39,280 nt of DNA from Candidatus Wolfebacteria bacterium (GTDB taxonomy: Bacteria; Patescibacteriota; Minisyncoccia; UBA6257; UBA9933), in assembly GCA_016933365.1 (NCBI GenBank), contig JAFGBB010000012.1, positions 1 through 39,280 of the forward strand. Direction: 5' to 3'. This document shows positions 16,327 through 25,100 of this stretch, one piece after another; the stretch's first letter is position 1; each line of letters begins with the position of its first letter. The notes beneath the pieces are model-generated. The model was given only the letters and a program-made list of their open reading frames with translations, was not told the origin of the DNA and did not search any database. A program made the translations under genes and the position numbers.

Positions 16327-17655
16327 GTGAAACGCTTTTTTCAAAAAATATCTCTTTACGCAAGGCTTCCGGAAATGCGATTGTTCTGGTTTTTTTTGCC
16401 ATTTTTAGTTATTTTGTTGGCAATTAATATTTTTTATCTTCCTCAGATTTGGGTTTTTATCAGTTTAATTATTTTTTTGGTTTTAGGCGCTATAATTTTA
16501 GTAAACAATCTCCGTTTTGCTCATTCAAATATGGAAATAAAAATTGAACGCAATCAATTAAAAAGCATTATTTTTAATCTCAGCGATGGAGTTATTGCTT
16601 ACGACCCTAATTTTAAAATTCTTATTTTTAATCGGGCGGCTGAAGAGATTTTTAATCTTAAATCAGAAAAAATTATAAATAATTATTTTAGTCCGGAAAA
16701 AGCTCAGGAAACAAGCTTAAAATTGCTTACTCAGGTTATTTTTCCTTCTTTAGCTCCCGTTGTTGTGCGTCAATCAAGTCCTGGAATTTACCCTCAAATA
16801 ATTGATTTGTCTTTTGATGAACCTGGAATTGAACTTCGCGTTTCTACTGATAAAATTTTTGATTCTCATGGTCAGCTTTTAGGTTTTGTAAAAATTATTC
16901 ATGATAGAACCCGAGAAGTTGAACTTTTGCGTTCAAAAACGGAATTTATAGGCGTGGCTTCTCATCAATTAAGAACGCCTTTAACCGGTCTTCATTGGGC
17001 ATTAGAGTCTTTAAATAAACAAAGTCTTGAAGATAGCTCTAAAGATTTGGTTGATATGGCATTAAGCGCTTCAAGCAAACTTTTGAAAACTGTTAATGAT
17101 TTACTTGATGTTTCAAAAATTGAAGAAGGAAAATTCGGTTACAAATTTGAGAATATTGATATTATAAAATTTATTGAAGATATTATTGAAAGCATAAAGG
17201 ATTTTGCCAGACAATTTGGAGTTAAAATTTATTTTCAAAAACCGGAAGAGCAACAAATAATTGTTTCAATTGATTCTCAAAAATTATCAATGGTTTTTTC
17301 CAATTTACTTGATAATGCCATAAAATATAATGTTCAAAATGGTCAAATAATTATATCTTTAGAAAAAACCAAAGAACAACCCTATATACAGATTAGTATT
17401 AAAGATACCGGAGTTGGTATTCCTCCAGATCAATTTGATAAATTATTTACTAAATTTTTCCGAGCTGAAAATGTTGAAAGAATTTCTACCGAAGGAACGG
17501 GCTTAGGGCTTTATATTGCTAAAAATATTATTAAACGTCATGGTGGAGAAATTTGGGTAGAATCAGAGCTTAATCGGGGCAGTGTTTTTTATTTTACCTT
17601 ACCTCTTGATCCGAATTTAATTCCAGCAAAAGAAATAACTTATGGAGAAATATAA
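16327..17655 (+). CDS. Sensor histidine kinase (TM - PAS - HisKA - HATPase_c)
   Basis: 442 aa with a GTG start and two N-terminal TM helices. PAS-like LSDGVIAYDPNFKILIFNRAAEEIF, H-box ASHQLRTPL, N-box LLDNAIKYN, and G-boxes DTGVGI / GTGLGLYIAK. No response regulator is adjacent. Confidence 0.9.
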   Translation: MKRFFQKISLYARLPEMRLFWFFLPFLVILLAINIFYLPQIWVFISLIIFLVLGAIILVNNLRFAHSNMEIKIERNQLKSIIFNLSDGVIAYDPNFKILIFNRAAEEIFNLKSEKIINNYFSPEKAQETSLKLLTQVIFPSLAPVVVRQSSPGIYPQIIDLSFDEPGIELRVSTDKIFDSHGQLLGFVKIIHDRTREVELLRSKTEFIGVASHQLRTPLTGLHWALESLNKQSLEDSSKDLVDMALSASSKLLKTVNDLLDVSKIEEGKFGYKFENIDIIKFIEDIIESIKDFARQFGVKIYFQKPEEQQIIVSIDSQKLSMVFSNLLDNAIKYNVQNGQIIISLEKTKEQPYIQISIKDTGVGIPPDQFDKLFTKFFRAENVERISTEGTGLGLYIAKNIIKRHGGEIWVESELNRGSVFYFTLPLDPNLIPAKEITYGEI

Positions 17656-17692
17656 ATCATGTAGCATGTAGTATGGAACATGGGAAGCGGGA

Positions 17693-17721
17693 TTGACTTT
17701 TTAAGTTTTTTGTAATATTAT
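17693..17721 (+). promoter_or_regulatory. Candidate sigma70-type promoter
   Basis: TTGACT (17693-17698), 17-nt spacer, TATTAT (17716-17721). Confidence 0.45.
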
Positions 17722-17864
17722 TTAAATTATTAAAATGGATTATTATGAAATTTGAGCGATTTAACAATAATATTGAAAAGGAGGAAGCTATTGAAGAAAT
17801 GGTTATTGAAGGAGTTGAAGAGGAATTAAAAGAATTGGAAAACATTAAAGAAAGGAGATTAAAA

Positions 17865-18644
17865 ATGGGCTTTTTAAAAAATAAATTAAAAAGAGGAATA
17901 ATCGGTATTTCCGTGGTTTTGGCTTCAATGTTTGCCACCGAAGCTTTGGCGGGCGATTCAAGCGATTTTGACTGCGTTAGACGTAATGCGGATGATATGT
18001 TTAAAGAGTTAAAAATTGAGGAAGAAAAAATGGAGCAAAGAAAACCGTTTGGGGAGTTGTTGCGGGAACAAAAATCCCAACAAGTAGGAGAGGATGAAAA
18101 ATTTCAAACTCCTAAAAGGCCTTATAAGATTGAGGATTTATTTGAAGAATTTAAACAAATAGAAGAAAAAAAATCGTTCTCGGTAGAGGAATTTCAGGAA
18201 AACGCGAAACAACAATCGGAGAATTTGGGAAAAAATATGAAAAAACAACAAGAGGATTTTCAGAAAAATATGGAAAAACAAAGAGAAGATTTTCCGGTTG
18301 ATAAAAGTATTAAAGATTTTAAGATTGATGTCCGTAAAGAAAACGGCAAAATCAGGATTTATACAGAAGGGCGAATGCGGGGTTATACAGGAAATGAACT
18401 TTTAACCGAAGACGCTGGGAAAAAACTGTTTCAGCAAGGCGCTAGTTTTTTGACGAGGACAAGAATAAAGAATGTGAGCAGAAATTTATCGTTGCAATTG
18501 GCTGGTTATGAGGAGTTAAAAAATAAGGGCGAGGACGAAAAGGCGGAAATTTTACTTAAACATATTCATAAATCGGTTAAAATGTACGATAAAGCTTTTG
18601 GGGAAGGCATAATTGATCACTCAAAAATACCGGAATTAGAATAA
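17865..18644 (+). CDS. Secreted Glu/Lys-rich hypothetical protein
   Basis: The ORF is open from 17745. The internal ATG at 17865 is preceded by AAAGGAG (17851-17857) and begins a clear signal peptide (MGFLKNKLKRGIIGISVVLASMFATEALA). 17745 remains an alternative start. Confidence 0.65.
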   Translation: MGFLKNKLKRGIIGISVVLASMFATEALAGDSSDFDCVRRNADDMFKELKIEEEKMEQRKPFGELLREQKSQQVGEDEKFQTPKRPYKIEDLFEEFKQIEEKKSFSVEEFQENAKQQSENLGKNMKKQQEDFQKNMEKQREDFPVDKSIKDFKIDVRKENGKIRIYTEGRMRGYTGNELLTEDAGKKLFQQGASFLTRTRIKNVSRNLSLQLAGYEELKNKGEDEKAEILLKHIHKSVKMYDKAFGEGIIDHSKIPELE

Positions 18645-18648
18645 TTTT

Positions 18649-18906
18649 ATGCAACAAAAACTTCAAGAAATAATAAATAAGTCATCACTCATTGATTCGC
18701 AGAAATCCAAATGGAAAGTTTTTTTGAGTTTTGTCGGGCCTGAAGTAACCCAAAGCATATTGGATATTCTTGAATCTAATCCTGAAGAATTAAATTTTCT
18801 TACCAAGAATCTTGAGGGTAAGATTAATGCTATTGATAATCCCGACCGCGCGAAATGGAACGATATTCTTAAAGAAGAAAAAAGACATCTACGAGATATG
18901 GAATAG
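18649..18906 (+). CDS. Small hypothetical protein
   Basis: 85-aa ORF starting 5 nt after the upstream stop. No family recognised. Confidence 0.55.
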   Translation: MQQKLQEIINKSSLIDSQKSKWKVFLSFVGPEVTQSILDILESNPEELNFLTKNLEGKINAIDNPDRAKWNDILKEEKRHLRDME

Positions 18907-19086
18907 CTGATAATTTCAATTTTTTAAAGCCGTAAAGCAATTTACAGTTTTTTTATTGCTTTAATTGATATTTGCTTTTCTAAAATAATATTATTGCAAA
19001 ATAAAAATTCAATTAAATAATAAGCGAAATTCTTAAAATTATGGTAAAATAAAGATAGTCGTTAATAATTTAATAGACTATTTATT

Positions 19087-19974
19087 ATGCCTGAACTTCC
19101 CGAAGTCCAAACAATCGTAGATGATTTAAATAAAAAAATTATTGGTTGTAAAATAACCAAGGTTTGGTTTGACGTCCCAAAACTTATTAAAAAACCCAAT
19201 CCTAAGGATTTTGAAAAACAAATTAAGGACTTAAAAATTTCTATTGTTAAACGTCGGGGTAAAAATATTTTAATTTATTTAAAATTGCCAAAAGAAAAAA
19301 AACCTTCAAAATTACTTCTTATTCATCAAAAAATGACCGGGCATTTGCTTATTGGTAAATGGAATGTTCAAAACGAAGTTAAAAGCTTAATAGAAGGGGA
19401 ATTAAGCGAGAAAGTAAATAATTATATTCATCTCATTTTATATTTGGATAATGGTCAACAAATAGCTCTTTCAGATTTGCGGAAATTCGCAAAAATTTTA
19501 TTTGGAACAAAAGAAGAGATTGAATCCTTGCCTGATTTAATGCAAATTGGGCCGGAACCGCTTGAAAGAAAATTTATGTTTAGCGATTTTGTTAATTTAA
19601 TGTCTTTGCAAAAAAGAAAAATAAAACAAGTTTTAATGGATTTTAAAGTTATTTCCGGAATTGGAAATATTTATTCCGATGAAATTTTATATCAAGCAAA
19701 AATTCATCCTTTTAAACCCGCAAATAAATTAACGGAAAAAGAATTAAACGAAGTTTTTTTAGCTATAAAAAATATTTTGGGAAAAGCGGTAAGAATGAGA
19801 GGCACTTCTATTAGTGATTTTCGAGGCACCGATGGAAAGCCTGGCAATTACGCTCGCGCGCTTTTAGTTTATCAAAAAGAGGATAAACCCTGTAAACGTT
19901 GTCAAACATTGATTAAAAGGGTTAAAGTAGGAGGAAGGTCGGCTCATTATTGTCCAAAGTGTCAAAAACTATAA
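19087..19974 (+). CDS. mutM: Formamidopyrimidine-DNA glycosylase (Fpg/MutM)
   Basis: Canonical N-terminus MPELPEVQT, H2TH region (ISGIGNIYSDEILYQAKIHP) and a C-terminal zinc finger CKRCQTLIKRVKVGGRSAHYCPKCQ. Confidence 0.9.
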   Translation: MPELPEVQTIVDDLNKKIIGCKITKVWFDVPKLIKKPNPKDFEKQIKDLKISIVKRRGKNILIYLKLPKEKKPSKLLLIHQKMTGHLLIGKWNVQNEVKSLIEGELSEKVNNYIHLILYLDNGQQIALSDLRKFAKILFGTKEEIESLPDLMQIGPEPLERKFMFSDFVNLMSLQKRKIKQVLMDFKVISGIGNIYSDEILYQAKIHPFKPANKLTEKELNEVFLAIKNILGKAVRMRGTSISDFRGTDGKPGNYARALLVYQKEDKPCKRCQTLIKRVKVGGRSAHYCPKCQKL

Positions 19975-20060
19975 AGGCGGGAAAAATTTTATACCTTAAT
20001 TAACGCAAATTTTTATATATTTGAATGTAGTAAATAAAAAATGTTTAAATTTAAGTTTTT

Positions 20061-20873
20061 ATGATAATCGTTTTATATGGGCCGAATTCTTATCTCCGGC
20101 AAAAAAAATTAAATAAAGTAGTTGAAGAATATAAAAAAAAATATTCCGGTCTTTCTTATGATTATTTTGATTTAAATAAATCGGGAGAATTTCTTAAATT
20201 AAAAGAATTTAGCGGTCAATCTTTGCTTTTTGATAATAAAAAAATGGCAATTTTAAAAAATCTTTATGAAATTGACTTAAAAGAAGCAAAGGATTTTTTA
20301 AAAACATATATGAATTCAAAAGATTTTACGATTTTAATTTCTGAAGACAAGGCCTTACCTTTAGAATTTGCTTTTTTAAAGAAAAAAGCTTTTTCTATTG
20401 AAAAATTTGACAATCTTAAAGGTGATAAGTGGAATCTATTTATTCAAAAAGAAACAAGAAAACGGGGATTGGTATTTACTCCAAGAGCTTTAAATTTTTT
20501 AATTGAAGAATATAAAAATGATATATGGGGATTAATTAATGAATTGGAAAAACTGGATTTGTTTTTTATTGGAAAACCGGAAAGAACAAGTCTTGACTTG
20601 AAAGAAATAAATGAAGTTGGCGATTATCATTATAAATCACCGAATATTTTTATTTTTATAAACGCTATTATTAATAATAAAGATGTATCTCAAAAAATTA
20701 TTGCTTTAGAAAAGTTATTTATTAGCCAAGAAGAACCGGTAAAAATATTTAATATTCTTGCAAGTATGAAACGATTACCCGGAAAATTAATTCAAAAAAT
20801 GGCGCATTATGATGTTTTATTAAAATCGGGGAAAATAGGGTATGAGGATATTTTACTTTATTTGGCTTTGTAA
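20061..20873 (+). CDS. holA: DNA polymerase III delta subunit-like protein (short form)
   Basis: 270 aa. The N-terminus MIIVLYGPNSYLRQKKLNKVVEEY and overall layout resemble HolA of reduced genomes. The assignment is by resemblance only. Confidence 0.55.
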   Translation: MIIVLYGPNSYLRQKKLNKVVEEYKKKYSGLSYDYFDLNKSGEFLKLKEFSGQSLLFDNKKMAILKNLYEIDLKEAKDFLKTYMNSKDFTILISEDKALPLEFAFLKKKAFSIEKFDNLKGDKWNLFIQKETRKRGLVFTPRALNFLIEEYKNDIWGLINELEKLDLFFIGKPERTSLDLKEINEVGDYHYKSPNIFIFINAIINNKDVSQKIIALEKLFISQEEPVKIFNILASMKRLPGKLIQKMAHYDVLLKSGKIGYEDILLYLAL

Positions 20874-20890
20874 TAAATTTTAATTAAAAA

Positions 20891-20917
20891 GAGCACTTTT
20901 AATAAAGTGCTTTTTTT
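20891..20917 (+). terminator. Rho-independent terminator
   Basis: Stem gcacttt (20893-20899) / aaagtgc (20904-20910), loop taat, then a 7-nt T-run. Confidence 0.7.
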
Positions 20918-20944
20918 AATTAATAAGATAAAATTATAATTCTG

Positions 20945-21015
20945 AGCGGGTGAAGGGAATCGAACCCTCGTATCCTGCTTGGAAGGCAGGCGCACTGCCA
21001 CTGTGCTACACCCGC
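20945..21015 (-). tRNA. tRNA-Gly (anticodon UCC)
   Basis: The reverse complement folds as GCGGGTG-TA-GCAC-AGTGGCA-GTGC-G-CCTGC-CTTCCAA-GCAGG-ATAC-GAGGG-TTCGATT-CCCTT-CACCCGC-T. CCA is not encoded. Confidence 0.9.
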
Positions 21016-21089
21016 TTATTTAAGCTTTTTTATTATATATTATTTATTGCCTTTTGAAAAGAATGATGTTAATATAAACTAAAGTTAAG

Positions 21090-21692
21090 ATGATTTCTAA
21101 TTTTTATTCTAAAACACCAAAACGGATTAAATTATTAATCCTTTTTATAATTATAATCTTAATCGCTTATTTTGTTTTGCGATTTTTAGCGATTGATTTA
21201 AAAGAAGTTCCGGAAGAATTTTTAATAGCTCGGCAAGAGGCGTCTATAATTGCTTCTGAAATTGTAGCGATTTCAAGTCAATCAGCCGGTAATTTTAAAG
21301 AAATTGCTCGTCTTGATGGAGAAAAGAAATATAATGAAGCTTTAGATTTAATCTCTCAAGAATTAGAACGCAATAAACAAGCTAGAGAAAAAGCAATAGA
21401 GCTTTCACTTCAGCTGGAGATAATGACAAATAATCTTTCTCAAATTTTTCCGTCTTCGGCTTCCCAAATTGCTTTAGGAGCTATAACTTCCGAAACAACG
21501 CTTATTAGTCGTTTAATTACTTATAATGATTATCTTAATCAGCTTTTAGAAATTTTAGGGGATAAATTTTTAGGTAATGGAAATGGAGATAAAATTATGG
21601 AATTAATTGAAAAAATAAACGAAGAAGCAAGAGCAATTAATGAATTAAATGATAAATTTAATGAAGCAATGAAAGAATTTGATTCTAACTAA
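21090..21692 (+). CDS. Membrane-anchored hypothetical protein
   Basis: 200 aa with an N-terminal TM helix (IKLLILFIIIILIAYFVLRFLAI) and a helical remainder. Confidence 0.7.
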   Translation: MISNFYSKTPKRIKLLILFIIIILIAYFVLRFLAIDLKEVPEEFLIARQEASIIASEIVAISSQSAGNFKEIARLDGEKKYNEALDLISQELERNKQAREKAIELSLQLEIMTNNLSQIFPSSASQIALGAITSETTLISRLITYNDYLNQLLEILGDKFLGNGNGDKIMELIEKINEEARAINELNDKFNEAMKEFDSN

Positions 21693-21713
21693 ATCTTGTT
21701 TTAAAAATCATAT

Positions 21714-21743
21714 AAAAAACACCTTAATAAAAGGTGTTTTTTT
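21714..21743 (+). terminator. Rho-independent terminator
   Basis: Stem acacctt (21719-21725) / aaggtgt (21731-21737), extended by A/T pairs, followed by a T-run to 21743. Confidence 0.7.
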
Positions 21744-21759
21744 GTGACTTAATAATTAG

Positions 21760-21830
21760 TCGGGCCGCCGGGAATCGAACCCGATCTACCTGCTCCCAAA
21801 GCAGGCGTACCACCATCATACGCCGGCCCG
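21760..21830 (-). tRNA. tRNA-Pro (anticodon UGG)
   Basis: The reverse complement folds as CGGGCCG-GC-GTAT-GATGGTG-GTAC-G-CCTGC-TTTGGGA-GCAGG-TAGA-TCGGG-TTCGATT-CCCGG-CGGCCCG-A. Position 8 is G rather than the usual U. CCA is not encoded. Confidence 0.8.
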
Positions 21831-21940
21831 TTAAAAGATTATTTTTATATATAAATTATTCTATCAAGAAAAAGAAAAAAAAGACAGTATAATACTTATT
21901 AAATTTTTTGATTTTGTAATTCAATTTCACAAAAAGTGAA

Positions 21941-22096
21941 AATTGGCGGTGTCTGTTTGAAAATATCCGAACGGAACTCTCTAGGCTCGGTGGGCGGAAT
22001 TCTCCCCTCAAACCCCCCTTTCGCCACGCTCTCGCTGGGACGATTCTTTTTTTCGGCGGAATTTGAGGTTGTGCCAATTTCATTGGCGCGCCACCT
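21941..22096. ncRNA. Locally GC-rich, helix-forming block; candidate structured RNA of unknown class
   Basis: Composition shifts sharply within AT-rich DNA. A composite helix is possible: cctcaaa+tttcgcc pairs with ggcggaa+tttgagg (14 bp with a C6 bulge). There is also a hairpin gccaat-ttc-attggc, and ggcggaatt occurs twice. The ORFs overlapping it look spurious. The strand is undetermined. Confidence 0.35.
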
Positions 22097-22124
22097 ATTA
22101 TTTTATCTTGAACTCCTAATTTCT

Positions 22125-25100
22125 TTATTTATTAATTTTCTCTGCCCTTATAATCGCTTCATGCATCGTATCATCGCCATGTTGATAAGTTCCCAATTCT
22201 TTTAATTTAAATTTATAATCCGTATTTTTAGATAATTTTTCCAACTGCTTTAAAATTATCGGATATGAAGTAGCTTCCCTAAGCTGCATATAAATAGGAA
22301 TCGGATTATCTTTTTCTAAAAAATTTCTCTTATATTCTTCAGCAAAAACAATCAAAAGCGACCCGCCAGCTCTCTTATTGCCGTCCGAAGCCAAATCCGA
22401 AACATACAAAACTTTTTCTCCTGTTTCGTGTTCTTCTTTATTATTATATTCACTATTATTTCGTCGTCCTTCATACGCCAATATATATCCGTGAATTTTG
22501 CTATCGGAATCCTGATATTTAAAACTCATGTTCACTCTGTTCTTAGCTTCATTATTGATGTCCTTGGCAATCAAAGCATTTTCCATATTATGCAAATACT
22601 GGATCAAGCTTTCATTGTCACGATATGCCTTGCCTTCTATATAAGCGACCGGCAAACTATCTCGATAAGTTAAGAAGCTGATTCCCTTGGGCCAATTAAC
22701 GGGCATTTTAACCTTTTGTTCGCTTTCAACAACTGGAATAATTTTTTTACTAGTAACTAATTTTTCTTTAGTTTCTTTGGTTAAATCTAAAAGATATGCT
22801 TTTTCATGCAGATTATCGCTATAGCCTACCGGCGCTTCAGGCATAAAAGTATTATTTACTTCAGGCAGATGCCGTAGTGAATCGGAATACCCTTGACCAA
22901 TAATCACCTTACTTGTATCCAAATTTTGCTTGGCAGAATAATTTTTTACATATTCTTGAAAAAAATCACGATAAATTTCTTCGAGTATCTGTCCGGCTAG
23001 TGGATGATTTTTATAATTTTCCGCCAGCTCAATATTATCACAAGTAATAATGCTTGATTTATCTAATAAAACATCTTCACTTATAACCTCGTGCAATTTT
23101 GTTTCGATTGAATTAAGTTTACTTAATAACTTTGCCACATTTTCATTTATATCTTTATCTAAAGTTAAAACACTTTGTGCGATAGTACGAAAATTACCGT
23201 CGGCATTTTTCTTTTGCACAGTGAACAAAGCACAAATCGGATTAAAAGTATAAACATTATTTTTACCGCTACCAAACGGCATACAGCAGGCCGTATCGTT
23301 GCCGGCCACAACACCGTCCGGGTCGCTTTTTTTGTTAATTTTAACGCGATATTCTTCAACTTGCTGTTTCGATCTGAATTGTTCTAATTCTTCCACGACT
23401 GATTCGGGAATATTCTCCTCGCCATTTAAATATTTTTTAAAATCATAACCTTGTTTTTTAAAAAATTGGTTTAATTTAGCAAACAATTTTGAATCACTTT
23501 TTAATTCTTCATTCTCAATAATGCCCAACTTTTTTCTTAATTCTTTGTCCCTAACGCCAATTTGTCTGGCCAAATTTTCCCTAATGTCGGTTTTTCTTTC
23601 TTGTCCCACTTCATAAATTATTTCCATGGGCGTAAAGGCTTGCAAACGATCATAGCTGCCTTCAACCAGCGCATCCCTTAATTCAGTTGCGGTTAAATCT
23701 AAATTTGGAATTTCTATATAATTTGACGGCTTCTTGTGATTATGGACTTCTTCTGATGTATGCGTATCATTATTTTGTAAAAAGCTTTCTGGGTATTCCC
23801 ATAGTTTAAATACTTCTTCCATGGAAATACTCGGATGAAAAGCCAGGGTTTCTATATATTTATACAATTTGTTTTTGCCTTCCTTTTTTAAATTTTGCAA
23901 ATTATCTAGTATTTCGGTCCGGCCCAAAAGCTCGCAAATTTCCCGATATTTTTTTAAATTTTTCCACGAAGAAAATATATTTTTTGTTTCGCCCAACTCT
24001 ATCATTAAGCCTTGCAATTTTTCAATACCTGAATATTCTCTAACTTTTTCGGCTACGTCATTGAAATTATAATCAATACTGCCAACTAAACTATTTAAAT
24101 GATGATGTGCCGTGCCTTCATAATATTGGCCGTCGTCATTAGCAACTTGTGCTAAAATATTATTATAATACGTCGTCGCTTTTAATCCTGAGGCTTCATA
24201 AGACTTAATAATTTGTAAAAAATTGTGTAGTCCATCGTGACGAGTTAATTGTGGTCGTCCTAAATATTTAAACATTTTATTATAGCCAAATATGCTAGCT
24301 GCGTCCTCAAATGGTTTTATGATGTTTTCGTTGTCTTGCCAATTATGATGTTTATTTTTCAATATTTCATAAATTTTTTTATACTTTTCTATTTTGTTTA
24401 AATCAGATAATTCATCTGCTTTATTATCTATCAATATAAACTCACTTGCCATTAGCCCTTCTTTTCTGCCCTGCTCAAAAAATTCCCCATAAAAGTTATT
24501 GTTGTATTTATCAACAAGATCACCTTTACCTGCATCAATTAACATTAATGCGACTTCTTTATGATAAATAGCACTCGCCTTACTCATCCTATCCAATATC
24601 GTATCCAGCAAATCAATTTGATTATTTTCAAGCGAAAATTGTATAATTTCCCTTAGGTTAAATCTGTCAGTGTTATTAGCTATCACATTTATTTCATTTT
24701 TTTTAAATAATTCTACCGCGACTGATTTATTCAGATTGTCAAAATTGCTAATATTTTTTTCAAACATGATCTGCCACTTGTCTTCATATCTCATTCCATT
24801 TTCTTTGAATAATCCTATCATTTTCAAAGCCACTTCGGAATTTAAATTTTTTAATTTACTTATATCTAATTCCTCTCTATCTTCCATGCTCTTCATTGCA
24901 ATTTCGGAGTGATTTGCGTTTTTAAACTTATCGATATGATCAATTATAAGCTCACGATCGTACTTTTTTTCTAAAAGGAGTGGGTATATTCTATTCCATG
25001 TGGTTTCTGGTATATCTATTGAATTATCAAGCGCCATATCTATTCTTCCACATAATTCAATCATCTTTATAAGTATTTCCTCTCGATCAGAATCTCTAAA

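Noticed and set aside
17657-17692. Tandem catgtag-catgtag-tatggaacatg motif just after the histidine kinase stop
   Set aside because: It is too short and isolated to interpret, has no hairpin or T-run, and is probably chance.
21941-22096. Identification of the GC-rich block as SRP RNA, RNase P RNA or tmRNA
   Set aside because: I looked on both strands for the SRP helix-8 motif (GGAA tetraloop with flanking AGCAGC-type strand), the RNase P GAGGAAAGTCC box and a tRNA-like tmRNA 3' end. None is present, so no class is assigned.
21856-22205. ORFs 21856-22083 (minus) and 21936-22205 (plus) over the GC-rich block
   Set aside because: They overlap each other on opposite strands. They have Pro/Arg/Gly-rich nonsense-like composition, lack start context, and exist only because the GC-rich stretch lacks AT-rich stop codons.
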